From Deltaproteobacteria bacterium (lineage in GTDB: Bacteria; Myxococcota_A; Polyangia; Fen-1088), in NCBI GenBank assembly GCA_033763315.1, contig JANRKS010000031.1, positions 1-64,000 on the forward strand: a DNA stretch of 64,000 bases, read 5' to 3'. The translations under genes and the position numbers were made by a program. This document shows, piece by piece, positions 37,159-46,387 of this stretch; within the stretch, counting starts at the first letter, position 1, and every line of letters begins with the position of its first letter. Below the pieces are notes generated by a model. It was not told the DNA's origin. It ran no database searches and saw only the letters and a list, made by a program, of their open reading frames with translations.

Positions 37159-38333
37159 GCAGCGCCGTCACCCTTTCGCCCGTCAAACGCCCCATGTGTG
37201 CCCGTTGCGCGCGCCCGCAGCGCGTGTGCGTATGCGCGCAGCTGCCTGAACTACGCACGCAGAACACGAACGTTGTGTTGTTGCAGCACCCGCGCGAAAG
37301 CCACACAGGCATTGGCACAGCCAAACTGGCGCACCTTTCGTTGCCGGGCTCACTGCTCAAGGCCGGGCTTGATTTCTCAGCGGATTCGCAGGTGCAGGCC
37401 GAAGTGCGCAAGGCGCCGGCCTATGTATTGTTTCCGGGCCCCCAAGCCATCGCGATCGCGGATTTGCCCACCGACAAAGCAATCACACTCATCGTGGTGG
37501 ACGGCACGTGGTGGCAGGCCAAGAAGCTGATCAAGCTTAACCCGTGGCTAGAGCAATTGCCGCGCGTGAGCTTTAGCCCCACCACCCCCAGCGATTATCG
37601 GATTCGTCGGCAACCGGCGGCACATTGTGTGTCGACGATCGAGGCCTTGGCCGAAGTGTTGTGCCAGCGCGAGCCTGCGGGCATGGCGTTCGATCATCTG
37701 CGCGATCCGTTTCGCGCGATGGTTGATCATCAGATTCGCCTTAAGGAAGAAATCTTTTCGTCACGCCACCGCAAGCGTTTGCGGCCGCGCGACAAGAAGC
37801 AGCCCACGCTGCCAGAACGCTTGCAAAGCGTGTGGGCACGTCTGGTGTTTGTGCAAGGAGAAGCGAATGCCTGGCCGGCGCGAAGCCCCAACCGGCCGCC
37901 GCCTGAAATCGTTCATTTTGTGGCGCAGCGAGCGAGCGGCCACGAAACGTTTGAGGCCGTGGTTGCGCCGCGGCGGGCGTTGGCGCCTTCGACGTGTCGA
38001 TACGTCGATTTGGATGAAGCGCGTCTGAACCAAGGCGAGGCGATTGCAGACGCCACCCAGCGCTGGCGGCAGTGGCTGCGCCCCGACGACATCCTATGCG
38101 CGTGGGGCCCCTATCATTTGGGCGTCGCGGAAGCCGACGGCTGGCAGATGGGCACGGCGTTAATCGATATGCGCAACGCTTTGTCGCAGCACCTGAAACA
38201 GCGGCTGTCCTTGGTGGAAGACGCGGTGAAATTTGTGGGGTTGGAGGCGTTGCCACCCACGTCGCCCGGGCGTGCACACAGGCGCCTGACAGCTTTGATG
38301 CAACTGACGTTGCGTCTGCATGAGGCAACGTGA
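37155..38333 (+). CDS. DTW-domain tRNA aminocarboxypropyltransferase (TapT-like) with C-terminal DnaQ-like domain
   Basis: CxxC..P...CxC knuckle, LQHPRE, DGTWWQA, YRIRRQP, STIEA; ATGA overlap sets the start at 37155. Confidence 0.85.
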   Translation: MSSAVTLSPVKRPMCARCARPQRVCVCAQLPELRTQNTNVVLLQHPRESHTGIGTAKLAHLSLPGSLLKAGLDFSADSQVQAEVRKAPAYVLFPGPQAIAIADLPTDKAITLIVVDGTWWQAKKLIKLNPWLEQLPRVSFSPTTPSDYRIRRQPAAHCVSTIEALAEVLCQREPAGMAFDHLRDPFRAMVDHQIRLKEEIFSSRHRKRLRPRDKKQPTLPERLQSVWARLVFVQGEANAWPARSPNRPPPEIVHFVAQRASGHETFEAVVAPRRALAPSTCRYVDLDEARLNQGEAIADATQRWRQWLRPDDILCAWGPYHLGVAEADGWQMGTALIDMRNALSQHLKQRLSLVEDAVKFVGLEALPPTSPGRAHRRLTALMQLTLRLHEAT

Positions 38334-38378
38334 GCTACGCTGTCTCAGCGCGAGCCTCATTTGGTACGCGTGCCAAGA

Positions 38379-40124
38379 TCACTTTGTGGCGCCTACGGGG
38401 AAATGGCGTTTTAGATCAAGTTGAGTGATTTTGTGAGCCAAGGTGCGCACGGGCAGTTTCAACAAACGCGCGGCTTCGGTTTGGTTCCATTGGCACGCCC
38501 CTAGAGCATCCAGAATCAATTGGGCCTCGTAGGCGCGCAATCGCTCGCGAAGATCACCCGCAGTCCCGACCTGCATCGTCTCGCTGAGCGATTTGCCGGA
38601 GCGAATCAATGTGGGTAAGTCTTCATCGCTTACCTCATCGCGCGGGGACATCACCGCCAGGCGTTCGATCACGTTGCGCAGCTCGCGGACGTTTCCAGGC
38701 CACGCGTAGCTCTGCAATCTTTCCTTTACCGTTTCGCTCAAAAACAACGTGCGGTGCTCGGCGGCGGCCGCGCGCGCCAAGAAGGCGGTGGCCAACGGAA
38801 GAATGTCTTCTGGTCGCTCGCGCAAAGGCGGCAGTTTGATCGTGAGCGTGTTCAAACGAAAAACCAGATCAGCCCGTAGCTTGCCTTCGGCCACCATCGT
38901 GTCAACGTCTCGATTCGTGGCCGCGATCACCCGGACGTCGGTAGCGATTTCTGCGGCGGTCCCCACACGCAGAATGCGTCCCGTCTCAAGCACCCGCAGC
39001 AACGTTGCCTGCGCCAACAACGGCAGCTCTGCCACCTCATCAAGAAAAACAGTGCCACCGCTGGCCTCTTCAAAGATGCCCTTGTTCGCGCGGTCAGCGC
39101 TCGTGAACGCCCCTTTGGCGTGCCCAAACAACAGGCTTTCAATCAACGCAGGCGGTAGCGCGCCGCAGTTAACAGGTATGAATGGTTTCGTGGAACGCGG
39201 CCCTGCCTTGACGATGGCTTGCGCCACCACCTCTTTGCCGGTGCCTGTTTCGCCCATCAACAGTACGGGCGCGCGGCTGGCTGCCACTTTGGCCACGGCT
39301 GCGAACACGGACGCCATCTTGGGGCTATGCACGATCGCTTCGTCCACGCTAACGAGGTTTCGCAATGTTGGCCCCAGGGGCACGGAGACCACGTGAACGT
39401 CCTTGGTCGTTTGCCGAACCATTTCACGTAAAGTCTCGATTAAGTGGTCGGCGCTGGTTCCATGGTCGGGGAACACAGCCACAGATACTTTGGCGTCCTT
39501 GATCTGCGAAGCAATGGCGTAGGCGGTGCGTTCAGCCTGAGTTAGGTCCCAGCCGGTATGCGCCGCCACAAGATAGCCCAGGCCATAGATACCCATGTGG
39601 TCCCACCCCTCAAGCAGGGCGCGCATTTGATCGATCTTCTTATGAAAGACCTCAAGGCTGCTGCGCTCGGTGCGCACCATCAAAAGCGCCACCGTGGTGT
39701 TGTGACTGCGCGCCTCGGCCAAGGCGTCTTGCAGCCAGGCGTCGAAGCTTTCTTCTTCAACGATCGGCGTTTGTGGTGCGCCGTTATCCTGTTCGTGAAT
39801 CGAAATCGTTACCTGGCCTAAGGTGACTTGCTGCCCCGGTGTTAGCAGCGCCCGTCCTTTGAGGCGTTTGTCGCCCACGCGTGTGCCGTTAAGCGATCCG
39901 AGATCTTCCACCCAGATGCCGTCGTCGCTCCAGACAAATCGCGCATGCCGGCGCGACAGCGTTTCGTCGGCCACAACAACATCGGCCGGTGCGCCACGCC
40001 CCACAACCAGTGGCACCGACTGGGCCAAAGGCACCACCATGGCTTCGCCCACGCGGCGCAAAACCATACAAACCCGAGTCGCTACAGGTGTCTCTGGCGA
40101 CCGCTTCACGGTTTTGTCAGACAT
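38379..40124 (-). CDS. Sigma54-dependent activator: FHA + degenerate GGDEF-like + AAA+ + Fis HTH
   Basis: VGR..SRRHA..DLGSLNGT FHA; GETGTGKE, GAFTSA, FLDEV, WPGNVREL, NQTEAARLL. Confidence 0.92.
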   Translation of the reverse strand: MSDKTVKRSPETPVATRVCMVLRRVGEAMVVPLAQSVPLVVGRGAPADVVVADETLSRRHARFVWSDDGIWVEDLGSLNGTRVGDKRLKGRALLTPGQQVTLGQVTISIHEQDNGAPQTPIVEEESFDAWLQDALAEARSHNTTVALLMVRTERSSLEVFHKKIDQMRALLEGWDHMGIYGLGYLVAAHTGWDLTQAERTAYAIASQIKDAKVSVAVFPDHGTSADHLIETLREMVRQTTKDVHVVSVPLGPTLRNLVSVDEAIVHSPKMASVFAAVAKVAASRAPVLLMGETGTGKEVVAQAIVKAGPRSTKPFIPVNCGALPPALIESLLFGHAKGAFTSADRANKGIFEEASGGTVFLDEVAELPLLAQATLLRVLETGRILRVGTAAEIATDVRVIAATNRDVDTMVAEGKLRADLVFRLNTLTIKLPPLRERPEDILPLATAFLARAAAAEHRTLFLSETVKERLQSYAWPGNVRELRNVIERLAVMSPRDEVSDEDLPTLIRSGKSLSETMQVGTAGDLRERLRAYEAQLILDALGACQWNQTEAARLLKLPVRTLAHKITQLDLKRHFPVGATK

Positions 40125-40161
40125 GACAGGACTAAGAGTTAACACGTGGCTGCGGCAACTG

Positions 40162-41739
40162 TCACGGAGCCAGCAACGGAACCACCAAACGCACCGTCTC
40201 ATCGGCACGAACGGTGGTCTTTTTCTGCAGGGCTGCACCACCGAACGGGCGCAGGGTCAGCCGCGTGGGCCCAACAGGCAGACGCACTTGAAGCGGCGTA
40301 CGACCCAGATGACGTTCAGCCGCATAAACATCCGCCCACCCTCCGGGCGTTGCAATGTTGACGTAGCCCATCATCACTTGTGCCGCGTGCGGTGTACGTC
40401 GCAGCGTGGGAAGGGGCGCTTTTTCGTGCGTTGGAGGGTGATTCACCGCAGGTAGCGGTGGGACGGCCATCGGCGTCGGCTGCTCTTGCCGCGGAGATGA
40501 TTGTGTTACAGCTGCGGCACGGTAGGCCTTCGGGGGATCTGAATTCGTTGATTCTTGCGGCCATTTCCACACGCCCAAGGGCGCCGCAACTGCGATCACT
40601 GCGGCGCCTGCTTTCCACCACAAACCGCGCGAGCGCGAGGGCAGGGCGCGGGTGGAAGCAACAGAGTCAGAAGCCGCGAGGGTTGCCGATGCCGACGCAG
40701 CGGAAGTGCTGCCAAGGCTACGAGCCGCTTCCACCTGCTCGCGTTGACGCTGCAAACGCGCGCCGAACTGCGCGCGCATCCAAGCCCCAAGCTCTTCGAC
40801 TTGTGTGTTCCAACCATGGCTAGCGGCCGTTGCCAAACACACCTGCGCCACCTCCTTGGCCGTGCTTGGCCGTAAAGCTGGATCGCGAATTAGACAGCTC
40901 TCGATTAATTCGCACAGATCCTTATTCACGCCAGGCAGGCTCACCCGCAGCGAGGGGATCTCTTCCTCGAGTACGGCTCGCATCGTTTGCACTTCAGTGG
41001 TCTTTGCGAATAAGCGACGCCCGTGAAACAACTCCCACGCCACAACGCCCAGACTCCAGATGTCGGCGCGTCGATCCACGATGGCCATGCTCATCTGTTC
41101 GGGAGACATATAGGCAAGCGTGCCCTTGAGCGTACCAGTACGCGTGTGATGCAGCTGATCGACGACGCGCGCGATGCCAAGATCTAGAACCTTAACGCTG
41201 CCTTCGTAGGTGACGATTAGATTGCCGGGAGATACATCGCGATGAACTGCACCCAGTGAATTGCCGTCGTCGTCGCGTGATTCGTGGATGGCGTGCAACC
41301 CCATCGCCGTGTCTGCGATGATGCGAATGGCGTGACCCATGCAATGTCCGAACGTGCTTTCGTTGCCCTTAGCGAAGGGGTGCAAGGTCTTCGCTACCAA
41401 AGCAACGCTTTCGCCTTGCAAAAGTGGCATCGCCATAAAGTAGGAGCCATCGGCAAAACCGAAATCGAACACTTCACTGACGTGGGGGTGGCTGATACGC
41501 GACGCAAGCCTCGCTTCGTCCAGAAACATTTCCACGAAACCAGGTTCTGCCACAAGATGAGGGTGGATACACTTGAGGGCCACTATCTTCTTGAAGCCGC
41601 CTGGCCCTTCGATGCGCGCAAGATAAACCGTGGCCATTCCGCCGGTGGCCAGGCGACTGCAGATCTCATAACGACCAATGCGGTGCCCAGGGCCAAATCC
41701 GCCAGACGTATTCAATCGCAAGTTCTGATCATTCACCAT
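40162..41739 (-). CDS. Hanks-type Ser/Thr protein kinase with TM and C-terminal PEGA-like domain
   Basis: GGMATVY, VALK, HRDVSPGN, DLGIA, YMSPEQ, DIWSLG; LGRTPL PEGA motif. Confidence 0.94.
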   Translation of the reverse strand: MVNDQNLRLNTSGGFGPGHRIGRYEICSRLATGGMATVYLARIEGPGGFKKIVALKCIHPHLVAEPGFVEMFLDEARLASRISHPHVSEVFDFGFADGSYFMAMPLLQGESVALVAKTLHPFAKGNESTFGHCMGHAIRIIADTAMGLHAIHESRDDDGNSLGAVHRDVSPGNLIVTYEGSVKVLDLGIARVVDQLHHTRTGTLKGTLAYMSPEQMSMAIVDRRADIWSLGVVAWELFHGRRLFAKTTEVQTMRAVLEEEIPSLRVSLPGVNKDLCELIESCLIRDPALRPSTAKEVAQVCLATAASHGWNTQVEELGAWMRAQFGARLQRQREQVEAARSLGSTSAASASATLAASDSVASTRALPSRSRGLWWKAGAAVIAVAAPLGVWKWPQESTNSDPPKAYRAAAVTQSSPRQEQPTPMAVPPLPAVNHPPTHEKAPLPTLRRTPHAAQVMMGYVNIATPGGWADVYAAERHLGRTPLQVRLPVGPTRLTLRPFGGAALQKKTTVRADETVRLVVPLLAP

Positions 41740-42548
41740 GTCACTACGGGTGCCAATGGGGTAGTAGAGGTGGGCTCATCATCCATCAACAGCACAGCGG
41801 TCAAAATACCGCTGGTCGCCGCGACGCCGGCGACAACCCACCACCAAACGCCCGACGACTTGTGAGCGGCTGACGGCGACACGGTTTGCGGTGGCAATGG
41901 CTCACGCCACATCGCGGGCTCGGTTCGCAGCAAGACACTGCCCCCTAGACCGAGCGCCTCCGCGAAGTATTCGACCGGCTCATTTGGTAAAGCACTCACC
42001 TTAAAGTTCGATCCTTGGTCACTTCGCCAGGGGTTCGTGCCAACGCGTGCTGACAAACGCACACTTTCGATAAGGTTTTCGGGTGCGTTGATGACACCAC
42101 CTGTGACGCTGACGCTCGATCCCTCCACGCGTTTTGCCTCCACGACGAGACGAAGGGGTGGCTGTCGCACTTTTTCTCGCTCGAATTGCGCAGGCAGATC
42201 GGGGTTGATGTTGGGAGGGAAAGCGTGATTTGGATGCAGGGCGGCCAACCAGCGCAGATCTTGTCGCGCGAGTTCCGCTTGCCCCAGCGCCCAATACACG
42301 AGCGCGCGCAGTTCAAGAAACTGCAGCACGTCGATACGCGAAAGCTGGCCCGCGGCTGCCGTGGTCTGAAGCAACGCCAGCGCCTCGCGGAACTCAGCGT
42401 TTTCGATGTGGCGCTGCGCCTCCGCCACACGCGCAGGCTGCGCTTGTGCATTGCCGCTGTATCCGCACGGCAACACGATGAGCAGCAAAAGAGCCGCCTT
42501 CGCGTAGAGAACCGGCACTATGGCAAGACAAGCGCGAACTGACACCAA
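41733..42548 (-). CDS. Secreted TPR-like protein with C-terminal WWW-type hydrophobic segment
   Basis: Signal peptide, helical repeats, VWWWVVAGVAA tail; overlaps the kinase start by 7 nt. Confidence 0.65.
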   Translation of the reverse strand: MVSVRACLAIVPVLYAKAALLLLIVLPCGYSGNAQAQPARVAEAQRHIENAEFREALALLQTTAAAGQLSRIDVLQFLELRALVYWALGQAELARQDLRWLAALHPNHAFPPNINPDLPAQFEREKVRQPPLRLVVEAKRVEGSSVSVTGGVINAPENLIESVRLSARVGTNPWRSDQGSNFKVSALPNEPVEYFAEALGLGGSVLLRTEPAMWREPLPPQTVSPSAAHKSSGVWWWVVAGVAATSGILTAVLLMDDEPTSTTPLAPVVTW

Positions 42549-42636
42549 GCACCTTTTGACAGACCGTCATCCGGATCTAAACACAGATTGCGCGGGTTCG
42601 CCGCGGACGCCGCCCGCAAGGTATGTTTTTTCCGCC

Positions 42637-44415
42637 TCAAGGGCGTAGCTGAAGGACGAAAATGTCCCGTTCGCGCGCCATCACCGCGTCGGTTGGTGAG
42701 AACTGCATGAGCCCGTCAAAGTCGCCGGCGAGCGTAAGGGTCTGCTCCGATGGATCACTTACGAGCCCTGCCACTTGCACGGCTGTGGCCCCAAAAGCAC
42801 GGGAGAAAAGGTGATTGCCGTTGCTGGAGAAGCCCACCACAAATGCCGCCGTGGCGACCCCGCCCCCAAGTGCCCCGCCGCCCCAATCGACGGGGCCTGA
42901 CACGTCGCCTGCGAAAGTCACAGTCTGCGGCCCCAACAACGCGATGGCACTGGCCCTCCCCGAGAGCGCACCGTTGCCCAACCGCGCCCACTCCACCCCT
43001 TGTGGCCCGAGCTTTCCCACCAACGGCCGTCGTGCGTCCTCACTGACCAACTTTGCGCCGCTGACATCGAACGTTCCCAACAAAGTGGCGGCAAAGTACA
43101 AGACATCGTCCCTGGCGAGCAGCGCGCCCTTCATATCTTCTGCCACTGGACTCGGCCATGAGAAGGCTCGGCGCGCGGTTCCCTCTGGGGAAAGCTCAAG
43201 CAAGAACGAAGTGGCCTCGCCGCGAGCGCCGAATTGCACGCTTCCTTCGTTGAAAGGGCCGCTTACGCCACCTTGAACGTACACCCCACCTCCTTCGGTC
43301 GCGGCCAGGGCGCGAATGGCGTCACGTCCGGCGGAGGCGATGCGCTTGAGCCAGCGCACGCTGCCTCCGGCGTCGAAAGCGATGACGGCAGCATCGTAGC
43401 TGCCCTCATTGGCGAGCCGCGCGCCGGCGATCAGCGGGCTGCCGTAGCTTTCGAGGGCCACGGCGAACCCTCCCAGTGGCAACGCTGCTACGGCAGTGAT
43501 TTGGTCGATGGCCGAAGAGGCAAGCTGAAAGCCGCGCAGGGGCTGCCCTGCCGTTGTGGCCTGCACCAACAAACCATCTGAATCGCCCCCTGACTTGAAG
43601 GTCTGGTTCCCGATTTTCACGGCACCTGTCACCTTCGTGCCGAACAACAGCTCTCCCGTCGGCATTGTGGCAAGCGCGCCGGCCGCGTCGAGGCCATCAC
43701 CCCCGATGACGGTGCCGCCCACAGGCCTGCCGGACCCGTCGAGCCGCACAAGCAGCGCGTCGTATTGAGACGTGTTCAGAGCGCCTGCATTCAAGGCAAG
43801 GGTGCCGAGATACGTGGCACCCAGCCAGAAGCCACCCAGGCCGTCGGGCTGCAAACCCGCGGCCGTGTCGCTGCGGCCCTGCCCGAAGATCTGTCGCCAA
43901 ACCACAGCCGGGCACCCTCCACGTGTGGGACATCCCGCTTGTCCCGCGGCCGCTCCGTCATCGGTCGCCCCTGCGTCGGACACAAGCGCGGCGCAAATCG
44001 TATCGAGACAAGCCGCAGCTGCGCAGGCCACATCCGGTGAGCTTGAAAGCTGCACTTGCACCGTCATGAGTGAATCGCTTGGATCGCGTTCGGTGCAGCC
44101 TTGCGCAACGAGGTGGCAGTTGACGTCGACGGCCTGCGCGCCGAACCCATGGCGACCGGGCGAGAGCACAGGAGGTGCCTCGGCCCGCTGCCCGCGCGCA
44201 ATCGTGCTGCGATACACAGATGGACCGCCACATCCGCCCTCGTTGACGAAGGCGGTCACACGCACCGCACGGGTGGCGTCAGCTTCGTTGTTGAACGAGA
44301 TTCGCCAAGCCAGCTTCTGCGCATCGGCGGAACAGCCCGCCCACAGCAAGCTGCACGCGGCACCCGCAAGGGCCAGCGCGAAATGCCACCGAGAAGCAAG
44401 CCAAGAAAACAACAA
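42637..44415 (-). CDS. Lipoprotein with C-terminal beta-propeller repeats (SBBP-like)
   Basis: LWAGC lipobox; repeated D.LLV.LD..G..W / G.D....A blades. Confidence 0.75.
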   Translation of the reverse strand: MLFSWLASRWHFALALAGAACSLLWAGCSADAQKLAWRISFNNEADATRAVRVTAFVNEGGCGGPSVYRSTIARGQRAEAPPVLSPGRHGFGAQAVDVNCHLVAQGCTERDPSDSLMTVQVQLSSSPDVACAAAACLDTICAALVSDAGATDDGAAAGQAGCPTRGGCPAVVWRQIFGQGRSDTAAGLQPDGLGGFWLGATYLGTLALNAGALNTSQYDALLVRLDGSGRPVGGTVIGGDGLDAAGALATMPTGELLFGTKVTGAVKIGNQTFKSGGDSDGLLVQATTAGQPLRGFQLASSAIDQITAVAALPLGGFAVALESYGSPLIAGARLANEGSYDAAVIAFDAGGSVRWLKRIASAGRDAIRALAATEGGGVYVQGGVSGPFNEGSVQFGARGEATSFLLELSPEGTARRAFSWPSPVAEDMKGALLARDDVLYFAATLLGTFDVSGAKLVSEDARRPLVGKLGPQGVEWARLGNGALSGRASAIALLGPQTVTFAGDVSGPVDWGGGALGGGVATAAFVVGFSSNGNHLFSRAFGATAVQVAGLVSDPSEQTLTLAGDFDGLMQFSPTDAVMARERDIFVLQLRP

Positions 44416-44577
44416 CGCCCCTTTATCCTATGCCAGGCTGACCTTGTCCGCTTGCGTGGTCGGCGTGCCAGCTCACATGCGAAGCTCGGCAAGATGTTGC
44501 CGGCCAGTCGTCGCCGCCTGTCGGCGATGAGCCGCCGCGAGGTGGCTGTGTTCCTTGGGTTTTGACAGCTGTTTTCG

Positions 44578-44594
44578 CCGGCGCGGGCCTTGCA
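44578..44594 (+). promoter_or_regulatory. Candidate sigma54 -24/-12 promoter CCGGCGCGGGCCTTGCA
   Basis: GG-N10-GC with TTGCA; 13 nt before ATG 44608; divergent from the activator operon. Confidence 0.55.
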
Positions 44595-44607
44595 ACACAA
44601 GCCCGTC

Positions 44608-46353
44608 ATGACGCAGAACCGGACCACCAAACCTCGTTTGCGATCGGCCTTCCTCCTCGCCGCTTTCGTCTTGCCTGCTTGCACTGGCTCAATCGCCGGG
44701 CGTGAGGGCGCGTCTTCTCACAACCCCGCAGACGACGACGCAGAGGGAGCTGGGAAGGGCGGCGCCGGGCAGGGAGGGGAGGCCGCGGATCCCCCCATCT
44801 CGCCCGCGCCGCCCACGTGCGCGCAAGACGCCGGCGCTCCCGCCGCTGCCCGCCGCCTGGTGCGGCTGCGCTGGCCGGAGTATCAGGCGGTGGTTCGCCA
44901 GACCTTCGGCATCGCTGCCTACCGCGTCTCGGGCTCCGTACCCCAAGATCCTTTCGTGGAGTTTTATGGCAACAACGCGAACGCGCTGCGAGTGCCCACA
45001 TATGCAGCGGCGCGCGTGTACCTTGACGAAGCCGACGAAGTGTTGGCTGCCGTCCGTGATTGGACCGTGGTGCTCAAGGCGCACGGGGGCTGCGCCACCG
45101 TGGAGGACGTGTGTGCGAAGAAGGCGTTGACGCCGCTTGCCGCTTCGCTGTTTCGGCGGCCGTTGTCACAAGACGAGACTGCGTGGGTGGCTTCACGGTA
45201 CGATGATTTCCGCCAAAAGGTTCCCGCCGCTGATGCCGTGCGCGCCCTCGCCAAGCTGCTGCTGAACCACCCAAGCTTTCTCTATCGATTCGAGGGCGTT
45301 GAAGTTGTGTCCGCAAAGAGCGAGCTGTCGCTCGGCACGTGGGAGGCCGCCTCGGCGCTTTCGTTCACGCTCACCGGGGCGCCTCCTGACCAAACGCTGT
45401 GGTCGGCTGCCGAAACGGGAAAGCTCGCGACGGTGCCGGAAGTGCGCGCCCAAATCCGACGCCTGCTCGGACGCGTTTCACAGCCCTCTCCTATGTTGGG
45501 CGAGTTCGCAAACAGTTGGTTGGTGTCTGAGCCTGTGTCCGAAAAGAGTCTGGGCGTCGATAAACGGATCATCGATCCGGCGGTGCTGCCAAGCCTTCTG
45601 CAAGCGGAGCTCGGCCGCACCTTCGCCAACTTGGTGCTTGAGTCCAAAGCGTCCTTCATCGACCTCATGACCAGCCCCACCACCATCTCCACGGGCCAAC
45701 TCTCAGCGGCTTACAAGTATCCGTTGCAAGGTGAGGCCTGGTCGCTCTTTGATGGCTCTGCCCACCACCGCGTGGGCCTGCTTGCGTCTCCGGCGTTCTT
45801 GGCTGCACGAGGTGCTCCCAGTTTCGGCCGTCTCATCTACCGAGGCGTCTTTACTTTGCGCCGTTTGTTCTGCTTCGATCCGGGTGATCCCGTGGGCATT
45901 GACGTCGATCAAGCCGTGCTTGATGCGAAGCTTCCCGAAGGCCTGTCGGATCGCGAGCAGCTTGAGCGGGTGACGGGAGCGCCCGCTTGCCAAGGGTGCC
46001 ACGCGCCCATCAACGCCATCGGCGCGGCGATGGACGCTTATGATTCGGCGGGACGGCATAACGAGGTGACAGGCCGCGCAGCGCCGGACACGCGGGTGAC
46101 GCTGCCGATGGCTCTGCTGGGTGGTGGCGTGGTCAATGGTCTTGAAGAGCTCGCGCAAACGATTGCGCGCAACGATGCGGCCGGCGCTTGCTTTTCGGAA
46201 CACCTCGGGCGGTATCTGGCGCAAGGAGATCTTTCGGAGCCACAGCTTTGTCGCGTCAGGGCCGCTTTCGAGGGCAAAGGGCTCAATGCCGTTCCGGTGG
46301 CTGATCTGTTGGAAACCACGTTGCTCGTGCTGCTGACGACACCGCGGCAGTGA
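44608..46353 (+). CDS. DUF1592/DUF1588-family heme-binding lipoprotein (copy 2, divergent)
   Basis: LPAC lipobox; RLVRLRWPEY, LFRRPL, HPSFLYRFE, ASALSF.LTG.PPD, IYRG...LFC, CQGCH. Confidence 0.85.
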   Translation: MTQNRTTKPRLRSAFLLAAFVLPACTGSIAGREGASSHNPADDDAEGAGKGGAGQGGEAADPPISPAPPTCAQDAGAPAAARRLVRLRWPEYQAVVRQTFGIAAYRVSGSVPQDPFVEFYGNNANALRVPTYAAARVYLDEADEVLAAVRDWTVVLKAHGGCATVEDVCAKKALTPLAASLFRRPLSQDETAWVASRYDDFRQKVPAADAVRALAKLLLNHPSFLYRFEGVEVVSAKSELSLGTWEAASALSFTLTGAPPDQTLWSAAETGKLATVPEVRAQIRRLLGRVSQPSPMLGEFANSWLVSEPVSEKSLGVDKRIIDPAVLPSLLQAELGRTFANLVLESKASFIDLMTSPTTISTGQLSAAYKYPLQGEAWSLFDGSAHHRVGLLASPAFLAARGAPSFGRLIYRGVFTLRRLFCFDPGDPVGIDVDQAVLDAKLPEGLSDREQLERVTGAPACQGCHAPINAIGAAMDAYDSAGRHNEVTGRAAPDTRVTLPMALLGGGVVNGLEELAQTIARNDAAGACFSEHLGRYLAQGDLSEPQLCRVRAAFEGKGLNAVPVADLLETTLLVLLTTPRQ

Positions 46354-46387
46354 TCACCTGAAATTCATCTCATCAAGGAGCAAACAC

